Assembly (NCBI GenBank): GCA_963662545.2
Contig: CAXXLL010000002.1
Coordinates: forward strand, 1-64,000
Origin: Gammaproteobacteria bacterium
GTDB lineage: Bacteria > Pseudomonadota > Gammaproteobacteria > Ga0077536
Direction: 5' to 3'
DNA: 64,000 nt
The notes under the pieces were generated by a model that worked only from the letters and a program-made list of their open reading frames with translations, made no database searches and had not been told where the DNA came from. Shown here one piece after another: positions 29,149 through 38,836 of the stretch. Position numbers and translations under genes: made by a program. The number at the start of each line of letters is the position of its first letter. The first letter of the stretch is position 1.

Positions 29149-32037
29149 TCAGCCCTGATCGGCGAGCGATACTCGGAGTTTGTCGATCAGCTTCTCGGCG
29201 TCTTCTTCACCGGTAAAGGCCTTGCCGGAATCGACAGCAGCCTCGAGTTCTTCGAGTGCTTCCTCCTCTCTGCCGAGTATCATCAATGCGACGCCGATGT
29301 GGTAACGCACTTCCGGATTCGTCGAAGATCGTGCGAACGCCTCCCGCAGCAAGGCGAGGCCGTTTTCAGGCTCGTCGTTCTGCGTCAAGATCCAGCCGTA
29401 GGTATCGAGCACGCTCCAAGCGTCGGACGCGAGTTCGTGGGCTTGCTTTGCGGTCCTCAGAGCCCGGCCGTCACCGGTGAAATGGTAGATCATGGCCAGA
29501 TTGTTGAGCAGGATCACGTCTTCCAAGCCGCCCGCCTTGAGCGCCTCATAGACTTCGCGCGCCATGCGATAACGCTTCATGTGCATCAATGCCTGACCGA
29601 ATATGCGCTTCAAAGCAATATCGTCGGGATGTTTGGAAAGCCACGTCCTCATTAGTTCGACCGCGGCGTTGTTCTGCTTGTCGGCAACCAGGGCGCGAAA
29701 CAGGGTCCGCACGGACAGATGAATCGGTGCAATGCGATGCGCTTCGGCGTATAGCGGCAATGCCTCGTCGGTTTGATCCTGTGCCATGTACCAGTCGCCG
29801 CGCTTGATCATGATCGGCGCAAGCGTGCCGTGGTTCTCTGTCAATGTGTTCAGCAGGTCATCGGCATTAGCGAAATCTTTGAGTTGAATGAGCACGTCTG
29901 CCCTCAAGACGCCGGCTTCGAGGTTGTTTGGGCTCCCTTGCAGCGCCTTGGTCAAGGACCAAAGGGCGCCGTTTAAATCGCGCAGCGCGATCTGCTCGTG
30001 CGCAACCGGGAGCAATATAGCCGTGTCGAAATCTGCTTTTTGTACGGCATGGCGGAACTGCAGTTTGGCCTCGTCCGCGTCACCGATGGCGGCGGAAATC
30101 TTTCCCGCGACGTAATCGGCCTTCGGTTCTTCCGGAAATTTTTTCAGGAACTCGTACGCTGTGTTGCGCACGCGTTCGATCGGTTCCTGCTTGAGCAGTA
30201 GTATTTGCAGCTGCAGCGTATGAGCGTCGAAGGATTTCGGCTCGACTTCCAGCACTTTGGCGATTCGTTCCGCCGCCTCATCGAGTTCGCCCTGATCCAA
30301 AAGCAGTTGTGCGAGTTCCAGCCCGCTCGGAACGTGGAAAGGATGAACCTGCAGGAGCGACCGGTATTGCGTCTCGGCCGAGGCCGGGTGATTTTCCATG
30401 CGTGCAAGGCGAGCGAGGTTGAGCTGCGGCAGGATCAACGACGGATCGATCGCGTTCGCCATTTGCAAATGGTCGCGCGCACGAGCGACGTTGCCGGCGG
30501 CCAGCAGGGTGGCGCCGGCGATGTTGTGCACCGAGGCATTGTCAGGGTTTTTGTTCACCAGCGCTGCGATCAAAGTGACGGCGTCGTCGACCCGGCCCAC
30601 TTTTACGTAGACGCGGGACAGTTGTACGTGGGCTTCGACGAGTTCAGGAAATTTTTCCACGAACCATTTGAGCTCTTCGATCGCTTGCTCCGGTTTGCCG
30701 GCATCCATTCGACTCATCGCCAGATTGACGCCCAGCCCGGCGACGTTCGGCGCAAGCTTGAGCGCGGTTTCATAATAGCGTTCCGCCTTGGCGTAATCGC
30801 CGATGGACCGGTAGGCCTCGGCAAGCATCGACAAGGCCATGGGGTCATTGGGCGGCTCCGAGCGCGGTCCCGGGCGGTAGACCCGGATCGCGTCTTCCGG
30901 GAGTTTCAAGTTGAGATAAGCAGCGGCCAGATAGCGCTTGGCACCGAGATGGTTGCGCGCCGAAACGAGAAACTGATTCAGGTGCGACACCGCTTCTTCG
31001 AAATTCCCCTCGAAATACGCCACGACGCCGAGCATGAGCTTCGTGTTGGGTAGTTTTTCGCGAACGTCTTCCTTGATCGCGCGAATTTCATCGGCGCTTT
31101 CACGCAGGACTTCGCGCGCTTCTAAGGACTTCCCCTCCCGAAACAGCATGAGGGTGCGGAGGTAGATGGTCTCGAGGGTGTCGATGCCCAGGTCGCTCGC
31201 CTTCTCCAGGTCCTCCTTGGCCGCCTCCACGTTGCCGAGGTCCAGCCACAGGGCGGCGCGCGCGGCGAGCGCCCGGCCGGACGTGGGACGGATCTCGAGC
31301 GCACGCGCGAAGGACTTCAAGGCGGCCCCCGGCTGCGAAAAATCGCGGTGCGCGAGCGCCTTGAACATCCATACCTCGAAGGAATCGGGGGCTAGCGCAA
31401 TGGCCTGGCCAATCAGCTTGTCGGCTTTGTCACGCTTGCCGCGCCTGAGCGCAATGTTCGCGCGACCGACCAGGGGGCGCGGATCGACCGGCAGCAACAC
31501 ACCTGCGGCCAGATAAGCATCCTCGCTCAGTTTCCGGTTGCCGAGCATGCTGTAGGCGGCGGCCTGCAGTAAGTGCAATTCGCCATCGACCGTCGGGGTA
31601 TGGCCCTCGGGCACGAGCCCGGTGATGACGAACTGTGGCTGGGCGGTTTCCATGTAAGCCCGGGCCAGCGGCACCAGGACGAGGTTTTCGTCGCCGCCGA
31701 GGCTGAGCGCTTTTTCGAGTTCCTTGATCGCCGCGCGAGGCTGGTCTTCGCGCAAGAGGGTCTCGCCGAGCAGGATGCGGGCGGGAAGGTTATCGGGATC
31801 CTGCTGCAGCGCATTACGCAACTGAATAATGGTCGTTGAGTACTCTTCGGCCTTAAAGCCCGTCAGCGCTTCTTCATAGAATTCCTGCGATCGTTCGCGG
31901 TCGATCGCCGCCTGAACCGCGGGCATCGCGCCCCACCAGCCGAAGATCGCCATTAGCGCCGCAGAAGGGGCTGCGGTTGCCGGGAATACCTTAAAAAGTC
32001 TGCTCAATCGCATCATCAGAGCCGGAATTATAGACAT
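29149..32037 (-). CDS. prsT: PEP-CTERM system TPR-repeat protein
   Basis: 962-aa TPR array, IIQLRNALQQDP at the N-terminus, LNNLA..LDTYGWIL..YHIGVAL at the C-terminus; divergent from a PEP-CTERM gene. Confidence 0.82.
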   Translation of the reverse strand: MSIIPALMMRLSRLFKVFPATAAPSAALMAIFGWWGAMPAVQAAIDRERSQEFYEEALTGFKAEEYSTTIIQLRNALQQDPDNLPARILLGETLLREDQPRAAIKELEKALSLGGDENLVLVPLARAYMETAQPQFVITGLVPEGHTPTVDGELHLLQAAAYSMLGNRKLSEDAYLAAGVLLPVDPRPLVGRANIALRRGKRDKADKLIGQAIALAPDSFEVWMFKALAHRDFSQPGAALKSFARALEIRPTSGRALAARAALWLDLGNVEAAKEDLEKASDLGIDTLETIYLRTLMLFREGKSLEAREVLRESADEIRAIKEDVREKLPNTKLMLGVVAYFEGNFEEAVSHLNQFLVSARNHLGAKRYLAAAYLNLKLPEDAIRVYRPGPRSEPPNDPMALSMLAEAYRSIGDYAKAERYYETALKLAPNVAGLGVNLAMSRMDAGKPEQAIEELKWFVEKFPELVEAHVQLSRVYVKVGRVDDAVTLIAALVNKNPDNASVHNIAGATLLAAGNVARARDHLQMANAIDPSLILPQLNLARLARMENHPASAETQYRSLLQVHPFHVPSGLELAQLLLDQGELDEAAERIAKVLEVEPKSFDAHTLQLQILLLKQEPIERVRNTAYEFLKKFPEEPKADYVAGKISAAIGDADEAKLQFRHAVQKADFDTAILLPVAHEQIALRDLNGALWSLTKALQGSPNNLEAGVLRADVLIQLKDFANADDLLNTLTENHGTLAPIMIKRGDWYMAQDQTDEALPLYAEAHRIAPIHLSVRTLFRALVADKQNNAAVELMRTWLSKHPDDIALKRIFGQALMHMKRYRMAREVYEALKAGGLEDVILLNNLAMIYHFTGDGRALRTAKQAHELASDAWSVLDTYGWILTQNDEPENGLALLREAFARSSTNPEVRYHIGVALMILGREEEALEELEAAVDSGKAFTGEEDAEKLIDKLRVSLADQG

Positions 32038-32261
32038 ATACCCGGCTGATCAAGGCCGGCGACCGCAAGCTTGTGTAAATTGTAGGTAGCGACAGATAGC
32101 GGCAGGAGCGCGGTGGACTGATGTGCCGGAGGTCGGAATGCATGCCCGCCGCGCCCATGCGCCCGGTGGACGGCGGTACGGGCGCGGGGTGTGAGCGCCA
32201 TTCAGGTTCCCCGCGTTGTGCACGGCTAAAGTCTCCGCTCGGCGACACCGCCGCTTGAACG

Positions 32262-32385
32262 TGTAAAAATTCTTGACAAGTTCGCGAGCACTAAGTGTTT
32301 GTTTTATAATGGATTTGCGATCGGCTCACGCAAGTGTAAAATCTACTGACACCGGAATTCGGCGAATTTGTCAGAAAATTTTACA
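32262..32385. promoter_or_regulatory. Three TGT-N11-ACA enhancer sites (PrsR-type)
   Basis: TGTAAAAATTCTTGACA 32262, TGTAAAATCTACTGACA 32335, TGTCAGAAAATTTTACA 32369. Confidence 0.8.
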
Positions 32386-32424
32386 AATGTCGCCGATCCA
32401 TGACATCTGCGAAGGTCGCAAAAA

Positions 32425-32437
32425 TATCAATCTATTG
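32425..32437 (+). promoter_or_regulatory. IHF binding site
   Basis: TATCAATCTATTG fits WATCAANNNNTTR, between the enhancers and the sigma54 site. Confidence 0.65.
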
Positions 32438-32460
32438 ATTTAAAAGCGTTTTATATGATA

Positions 32461-32477
32461 CGGCACGATACTTGCTT
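32461..32477 (+). promoter_or_regulatory. Sigma-54 promoter
   Basis: CGGCACGATACTTGCTT with GG-N10-GC spacing, about 45 bp upstream of ATG 32521. Confidence 0.85.
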
Positions 32478-32520
32478 ATTGAGTACCGCAACAGATTTCA
32501 GTTTCGAGAGTCAGAAAATA

Positions 32521-33408
32521 ATGAACTTAAGAACATTGATCATCGCCGTCGCTGCATCGCTGCTTCTGGCATCGTCCGGCGCCCACGCCGTCGTCGTGTT
32601 CATGCAGGATTTCGAAAGCGGAAGTCTGGGAGCGAACGAACGGACGTTTTCTGAATACGACACGGGCAGCTTAAATTTTTTGCCAACCAATAACTGGGGT
32701 CTGCATGACAAAGACACCAACACTCCGATTAGAGCTGGCTTGACTGGCAACGTAATGGGTCATATCGGCAATGATAACGGCGGAACGGGAACTAATAATT
32801 ACCGCCCCCTGGAGACATCTTACTACGAGATTACGGTCGATCTGTCGCTGTTTAACCTGGCGAATCGCCAGTTGATGTTCGACTACGATTCGTGGATCAG
32901 CACGGTCTTTTTGGACGACGGCTTCAATGTCGTGGCCTACACGGGCGATTTTCTTACGGGAACGAGCACCGACCTCTGGCTCGAAGGGACGGTAGGCAAC
33001 AACCTGACCCTTCTGGCCCCGACGGGGGCTTCGGACATGCAGTATGACGCCGATTTGACCAGCGGCGGCGCTTTCACGCGACTGGATGACATCTCGGGTT
33101 TCGCCGACGATCCGGGTCAGGACGCGTTCACCGGTACCGGCTCTTCGCTTATGACGGGCGTCGCGATGTTTGATCTCTCGGGCTTCGACCACGACCAGTT
33201 CAACCTGCGGTTCTCATTCGGGTCGGGCACGGCCAGCACCGCCGAAGGCATCAACATCGACAACGTTAAGATCACGGGCGACTGCATCAACGGCGGCACC
33301 GATCCGACCTGCCAGCCCCCGGGCACTGGTGTACCGGAACCGGCTTCACTGGCCTTGGCCGCGCTCGGCTTGACCGTAATGTATCGCCGCCGCAGCAAAG
33401 CGAACTGA
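32521..33408 (+). CDS. PEP-CTERM sorting-domain surface protein
   Basis: Signal peptide ending AHA; Thr/Ser/Gly/Asp-rich body; VPEPASLALAALGLTVMYRRR C-terminus. Confidence 0.95.
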   Translation: MNLRTLIIAVAASLLLASSGAHAVVVFMQDFESGSLGANERTFSEYDTGSLNFLPTNNWGLHDKDTNTPIRAGLTGNVMGHIGNDNGGTGTNNYRPLETSYYEITVDLSLFNLANRQLMFDYDSWISTVFLDDGFNVVAYTGDFLTGTSTDLWLEGTVGNNLTLLAPTGASDMQYDADLTSGGAFTRLDDISGFADDPGQDAFTGTGSSLMTGVAMFDLSGFDHDQFNLRFSFGSGTASTAEGINIDNVKITGDCINGGTDPTCQPPGTGVPEPASLALAALGLTVMYRRRSKAN

Positions 33409-33430
33409 ACCAAACCTACAGTCCATCGAT

Positions 33431-33458
33431 AAAGCCCCGCTAGATGCGGGGCTTTTTT
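33431..33458 (+). terminator. Intrinsic terminator
   Basis: AAAGCCCCGC-TAGAT-GCGGGGCTTTTTT. Confidence 0.9.
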
Positions 33459-33668
33459 ATGGCGGTGAGGGGGAAGCAGCTGCTGCCAGGAGGGATGCGT
33501 CGGGATCGTGTTCGAAGGCGTCTCCGCGCGTTTTAGAAACCAGCGCATTCACGCATCGGATCGCGGCCGAAGACCGGCAGGATAGTATACTTTTCGCCCG
33601 GACTCAGCCGAGCGATCGACCGATTATCATGGCGACACACGCCTCATCATGCACCTTCGACACGTCCT

Positions 33669-34820
33669 ATGGATAATTCCGTAGCCGTTGTTGCGGTATT
33701 CGGCACGCGACCCGAGATCATCAAGCTGGTACCGGTGTTTGAGGCGCTAGCCGACACGCCCGGCGTCCGGTTGATCACGTGTTCGACCGGGCAGCAGGCC
33801 GATCTGCTGCCCGCCTTCGTCGAGGCGTTTCACGTTAAAGTCGACCACGATCTGGACATCATGTTCGACGGGCAGTCCTTGAATCAGCTCCTCGCTCGGC
33901 TAATCGCGGACATCGAGCCCGTTCTTGCGCGTCATGTGCCCGCTGCCGTGCTGGTGCAGGGAGATACGACCTCGGCGCTCGCGGGTGCACTGGCTGCCCG
34001 ATACAGGGCGATACCAGTCATCCACGTCGAAGCCGGCTTGCGCACGGGTGAGCCGGACAACCCGTTTCCCGAGGAGACCAACCGCCGTTTGATATCGCAT
34101 ATCGCCTCGCTGCATTGCGCTGCAACCGTCGGGAACCGGCAGTCGCTCATGGACGAAGGGATTGCCGACGGGGCTATCCTCGTCACCGGTAATCCGATCG
34201 TCGATGCCCTGCAGAAGCTCGGTCAAGGAAACGGCGTGACGGCCGAGATCGATCGCATCCTCAATACCTTGGACGGCAGAAAGCCGGTGCTCCTGACCAT
34301 GCATCGACGTGAGAACTTCGGCGCGCGACTGACGGGCTACTTCGAAACCATACGCGGGTTTGTCGAGCGCAACGACGATGTCGAATTGGTCTTCCCGGTA
34401 CACCCGAACCCTGAGGTGCGGAATACGGCCAGGGAAATCTTCGAAGACGTCCCGCGCGTTAATCTGATCCAGCCACTCGCTTACCCCGAATTCATATGCC
34501 TGCTCAGGCAGGCATGGCTGGTACTGTCAGATTCGGGCAGTATCCAGGAAGAAGTGGCGGGCTTGGGCAAGCCCATGCTGATACTGCGCAGCGTCACCGA
34601 GCGCCCGGAGTTACTGGAAACCGGTCTCGCCCGCCTGGTTCGTTCGCCGGGGCAACTGGCCACCGAACTCGACGAAGTTTGCAAGCCTGACAGCTGGTGT
34701 ACCCGAATTACACCCGGGCCGAATCCGTTCGGCGACGGTCGCAGTGGACCCCGAATCGCAGCGGCCATCGCCACCTTCCTGCTCGAACATGCACATGTGG
34801 GCGACGGCTCGCTGCCATGA
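33669..34820 (+). CDS. wecB: UDP-N-acetylglucosamine 2-epimerase (non-hydrolysing)
   Basis: FGTRPEIIK, VQGDT, HVEAGLR, PFPEE.NR, HRREN, SDSGSIQEE, TERPE. Confidence 0.93.
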   Translation: MDNSVAVVAVFGTRPEIIKLVPVFEALADTPGVRLITCSTGQQADLLPAFVEAFHVKVDHDLDIMFDGQSLNQLLARLIADIEPVLARHVPAAVLVQGDTTSALAGALAARYRAIPVIHVEAGLRTGEPDNPFPEETNRRLISHIASLHCAATVGNRQSLMDEGIADGAILVTGNPIVDALQKLGQGNGVTAEIDRILNTLDGRKPVLLTMHRRENFGARLTGYFETIRGFVERNDDVELVFPVHPNPEVRNTAREIFEDVPRVNLIQPLAYPEFICLLRQAWLVLSDSGSIQEEVAGLGKPMLILRSVTERPELLETGLARLVRSPGQLATELDEVCKPDSWCTRITPGPNPFGDGRSGPRIAAAIATFLLEHAHVGDGSLP

Positions 34821-36493
34821 ACGCGCGTGTTGCGGGCACTGCCCGAAAACATATTTTCACCATCAACGTCGAAGACTATTTTCAGGTCGGCGCCTTCAGT
34901 CAATTGATCCCGTATGCGCACTGGGAGCGGTTCGACGCGCGGATACAGCGCAATACAGAAACCACACTCGCGCTATTAGATGATACGGGCAACCGCGCAA
35001 CTTTTTTCGCGAGCGGCTGGATAGGAGAGAATTTCCCAAACATCCTAAGGTCGATCGTGGACCAAGGGCACGAAGTCGGCTGCCACGGGTATTACCAGCA
35101 ATCGATTCGAGAGATCGCGCCGGCCGCCTTCCGCGAGGATCTCGCGCGGTCCAAGCGGACCATCGAAGACGCAACCGGTCGGGCGGTACAGGGCTTTCGC
35201 GTGGGCCGGGGCTGGATCGGACCCGACGATTTGTGGGCCCTCGATGCATTGGTCGATCAGGGGTTTCGATTCGACTCCAGCGTCTGTCCGATCGGACGCC
35301 AGTTCGCAGATGATCACGATCGCTTTCTGCTGCACCCGCATCGGACCGCATCGAACATGCTGTGGGAGGTCCCGGTTTCTGCGACCCGTAAATTCGGTTG
35401 GGCGATTCCCTTCTCCGGCGGCAATTACGTCAGGCAACTACCACAATGGCCCGTGCGGGAAGCGGTGGCGCGCTGGGTCGAACGCCGACAGGCACCGCTA
35501 GTGATGTATTTCCACATTTGGGAACTCGATAGCGAACAGCCGAGCATTAGCGCGGCGAGTTGGCTGCAGCGCCTGCGCCACTACCGAAACCTGTCCGCAA
35601 TGCCGGCGCGCGTGCGCTATTTTCTCGAGCGGTACCCGTTTACGAGCATCAGTGATTATCTGAGTTTGGCCGACGAAGCGGCCACGAAACCCAGAGCTAC
35701 CGCCGCTAGCGTTGACGAGCGTGTTGCAAGCCCGAGCGAACCCGTCGAACGGGTCGATCTCACGGTCATCGTACCCTGTTACAACGAGGAAGCGTCCTTG
35801 GCCTACCTGCAGAAAACACTGTGGGCCTTCGGCGCGGCGAGCCGCGACTCGCTGGCTCTTCAATTCGTCTTCGTTGACGACGGCAGCGTGGATGCCACAT
35901 GGAATCGACTCGATGCGCTGTTCGGCCCCGAAAGCAACTGTAAATTGCTGCGGCATTCCGAAAATCGGGGGATCGCGGCCGCGATCCTGACAGGCGTCAA
36001 ACACAGCGAGACGAATCTCGTGGCGGTCCTCGACGCCGATTGCACTTTCGATCCGATGCAGCTCAGGGACATGGTGCCCATGATGAACGACGGGATCGCC
36101 GCCGTGAGCGCGTCACCGTTCCACGCGCGGGGCCGTGTCGCCAACGTGCCGGGATGGCGGCTTGGGCTCTCCAGGGGCGCCGCGTTTCTCTACCGTTGCG
36201 TTCTACATCACCAGTTTTCGAGTTACACGAGCTGTTTTCGAATCTATCGCCGCGCGGCCATCGCGGAGCTCAGCGTCTACAATCTCGGCTTCTGTGGTGT
36301 GGCTGAAATACTGGCGCGCCTTGATCTCGCCGGGTACCGGCTGGTGGAATGCCCGGCCGAGCTGCAGCTCCGGCTGCTCGGAGAATCGAAGATCAACCTC
36401 GCAAAAACCATCGTCGATCACGTGCAATTGATCGTCCGGCTGGCCGCTGCGCGCTGGCTGAAGATACCGCTGCCGACCGGATTCCGCCCGTAG
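34817..36493 (+). CDS. Polysaccharide deacetylase (XrtA-system type) fused to a GT2 glycosyltransferase
   Basis: FTINVEDYFQV, ATFF, HEVGCHGY, GGNYVR, YFHIWELD, then VIVPCYNEE, VDDGSVD, LDADC; ATG 34817 overlaps the wecB stop. Confidence 0.88.
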   Translation: MNARVAGTARKHIFTINVEDYFQVGAFSQLIPYAHWERFDARIQRNTETTLALLDDTGNRATFFASGWIGENFPNILRSIVDQGHEVGCHGYYQQSIREIAPAAFREDLARSKRTIEDATGRAVQGFRVGRGWIGPDDLWALDALVDQGFRFDSSVCPIGRQFADDHDRFLLHPHRTASNMLWEVPVSATRKFGWAIPFSGGNYVRQLPQWPVREAVARWVERRQAPLVMYFHIWELDSEQPSISAASWLQRLRHYRNLSAMPARVRYFLERYPFTSISDYLSLADEAATKPRATAASVDERVASPSEPVERVDLTVIVPCYNEEASLAYLQKTLWAFGAASRDSLALQFVFVDDGSVDATWNRLDALFGPESNCKLLRHSENRGIAAAILTGVKHSETNLVAVLDADCTFDPMQLRDMVPMMNDGIAAVSASPFHARGRVANVPGWRLGLSRGAAFLYRCVLHHQFSSYTSCFRIYRRAAIAELSVYNLGFCGVAEILARLDLAGYRLVECPAELQLRLLGESKINLAKTIVDHVQLIVRLAAARWLKIPLPTGFRP

Positions 36494-36496
36494 TCG

Positions 36497-37813
36497 ATGT
36501 CGCGTTCCGAGGAACGCCAAGAACGCTGGGCCGTCCTGGGCGGTGGCATGCTGGGTCTGAGCCTGGCGCTCAGGCTCGCCCAGCGCGGCAAACAAGTCAC
36601 CCTGATCGAAGCGGCGCCGACCATCGGCGGTTTGACGTCCTCGTGGCGGTACGGCGATATTTCTTGGGACCGGTTCTACCATGTCATCGAGGCATCGGAC
36701 CTGTCTTTGATCGAGCTGCTACGGGAGCTCGGCCTTGAAGACGAGATCGTCTGGGGCGTCACGAAGACCAATTTTTACGATGGCCAGGCACTCTACCCGC
36801 TGAACGACGTCTTCGATTACCTCAAACTGCCGGCCCTCGGCCTGATCGACAAGGCGCGTCTCGCGGCCAATATCCTATATGCCGCCTGGCTCAAGAATGG
36901 CGTCGTACTGGAAGCACAAAAAGCCGAAGACTGGCTGGTACGCTGGTCGGGGCGGCGCACCTTCGAAAAATTATGGCGGCCCTTGATGCGATCGAAATTG
37001 GGAGACAATTTCGAGAAGGCGTCGGCCGCCTACATCTGGTCGGTCATGCAGCGTTTCTACGGGGCGCGACAGGGCCGGCGCAAGACCGAATTATTCGGCT
37101 ACGTTAATGGCGGCTACGCGCACGTGGTTGCAACGATCCTGCAGCGGTTGGACGCACTTGGCGTCTGCATTGAAACGGGCGCGCCGGTCGAGCGCGTGAC
37201 GCAAGCCGGGGCGGGCGTTGAGGTTGCGACCGATGTGAATCTGCGTCGTTTCGACAAGGTGATCGCGACTTTTGCGTCGCCCATTGCGGCGCAGCTTTGC
37301 GAGGGTCTCGATACCGAGGAGCGCGCCCAGCACCAGCAAATCTTGTACCAAGGCGTAGTGTGCGCGTCGATGTTGTTGAAAAAACCGTTGGGGGGTGCTT
37401 ACCTGACCTACATCACAGACGATACGATCCCGTTTACTACCGTCATAGAAATGTCGTCCTTGACCGATCGCGATAAACTCGGCGGTTATCATCTGGTCTA
37501 CCTGCCGAAATATCTGCCGTCAGATGCACCGATGATGGAAGCCGATGACGCCGCGATCAAGGCGAATTTCATGGACGGACTCGCGGGAATGTTTCCCAAC
37601 ATCAGTGCATCGGACGTATTGGTCAGCTATGTCGCCCGGGCGCGATACGTTCTGGCGATCCCGACGTTGAACTACTCCGAAAAACTGCCGTCGATGGTGA
37701 CCGCGATCTCGAATCTGTATATTTGTAATTCGGCGCATATCGTCAATGCATCGCTGAGTGTGAACGAGTCGGTCGAACTGGCGAACCAGACGATCCGCCA
37801 ACTCCTGGATTGA
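36497..37813 (+). CDS. FAD-dependent oxidoreductase (amine oxidase/HemY-like fold)
   Basis: VLGGGMLGL..LIEA..IGGL Rossmann motif, DRFYH. Confidence 0.85.
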   Translation: MSRSEERQERWAVLGGGMLGLSLALRLAQRGKQVTLIEAAPTIGGLTSSWRYGDISWDRFYHVIEASDLSLIELLRELGLEDEIVWGVTKTNFYDGQALYPLNDVFDYLKLPALGLIDKARLAANILYAAWLKNGVVLEAQKAEDWLVRWSGRRTFEKLWRPLMRSKLGDNFEKASAAYIWSVMQRFYGARQGRRKTELFGYVNGGYAHVVATILQRLDALGVCIETGAPVERVTQAGAGVEVATDVNLRRFDKVIATFASPIAAQLCEGLDTEERAQHQQILYQGVVCASMLLKKPLGGAYLTYITDDTIPFTTVIEMSSLTDRDKLGGYHLVYLPKYLPSDAPMMEADDAAIKANFMDGLAGMFPNISASDVLVSYVARARYVLAIPTLNYSEKLPSMVTAISNLYICNSAHIVNASLSVNESVELANQTIRQLLD

Positions 37814-37816
37814 GCG

Positions 37817-38818
37817 GTGTCGGACATGGACAAACCGCCGGCGACGCTTTCCATCGACCTCGACGATCTGTGGTCCTACCTGCGGGCCCACGGTGACAGC
37901 GCCTGGGTCCAGTATCCGTCGTTTCTCGAACGGGCCGTGCCGCGTGTCTTCGAAGCTATCGACGACGATCTAGGTTTGACGTTCTTCATCGTGGGGCGCG
38001 ATGCCGAAAAAACTGAACTTCGCGGTCTATTCGCGGATGTTGGGGCGAGTCATCATGAAATTGGAAATCACTCCTACGATCATGCGTCGGATTTTCATCT
38101 CGCGTCCGCCGCGGCGGTGACCGAAGACATCGAACGTGCGGAAAGGTCGATTGAAGCAGCGACCGGCGTGCGCCCTCGAGGGTTCCGCGGACCTTCATTC
38201 CGATTGTCGAAAGCGATTCTCGAAGTGCTGATCAAACGCGGTTACGCTTACGACGCATCGATCTTTCCAACTTTCGTGGGACCGCTAGCGCGGACTTATC
38301 ACTTTGCGACCTCCAAGCTCGATCGTGCGGGGAAGGCTCGGCAGAAAGACCTTTTCGGATCGCTACGTGATGGTTTGCGGCCGCTGCGGCCGTTTCACTG
38401 GGACCTGGGTGCGGCGCGGTTGATCGAAATTCCCGTTACGACGATGCCGCTCTTGCGCATGCCCATACACATGACCTACGTCAACTTCATTGCGGATCTC
38501 TCGCCGCGACTTGCCGAAATCTGGTTTCGAGCCGGCCTCGCACTCTGCCACGCGCGCGGCATCGCGCCGTCGCTCTTATTGCACGCGACGGATTTCATCG
38601 GTGCCGGCGATGCGGGGCATCCGGCTTTCATGCCCGGAATGCGCCGTGCCAGTCGCGACAAGATCGCGTTGTTGAAGCGATTACTCGATGTGTTTCGCGA
38701 ACGGTTCAATGTCCTTTCGCTCGGCGAATTCGCCAAATTAGCGGAAAGCGGCAAACCCTTACCCATTATTCGACCGCGATTCGACGCTCGCGTGCATGCG
38801 CCAAGCCGTTACGACTAA
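37817..38818 (+). CDS. Polysaccharide deacetylase family protein
   Basis: SIDLDD, TFFIVG, HEIGNHSYDH, GFRGPSF, YDAS. Confidence 0.88.
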   Translation: MSDMDKPPATLSIDLDDLWSYLRAHGDSAWVQYPSFLERAVPRVFEAIDDDLGLTFFIVGRDAEKTELRGLFADVGASHHEIGNHSYDHASDFHLASAAAVTEDIERAERSIEAATGVRPRGFRGPSFRLSKAILEVLIKRGYAYDASIFPTFVGPLARTYHFATSKLDRAGKARQKDLFGSLRDGLRPLRPFHWDLGAARLIEIPVTTMPLLRMPIHMTYVNFIADLSPRLAEIWFRAGLALCHARGIAPSLLLHATDFIGAGDAGHPAFMPGMRRASRDKIALLKRLLDVFRERFNVLSLGEFAKLAESGKPLPIIRPRFDARVHAPSRYD

Positions 38819-38836
38819 ATTTTCGCGGTGACGTGC

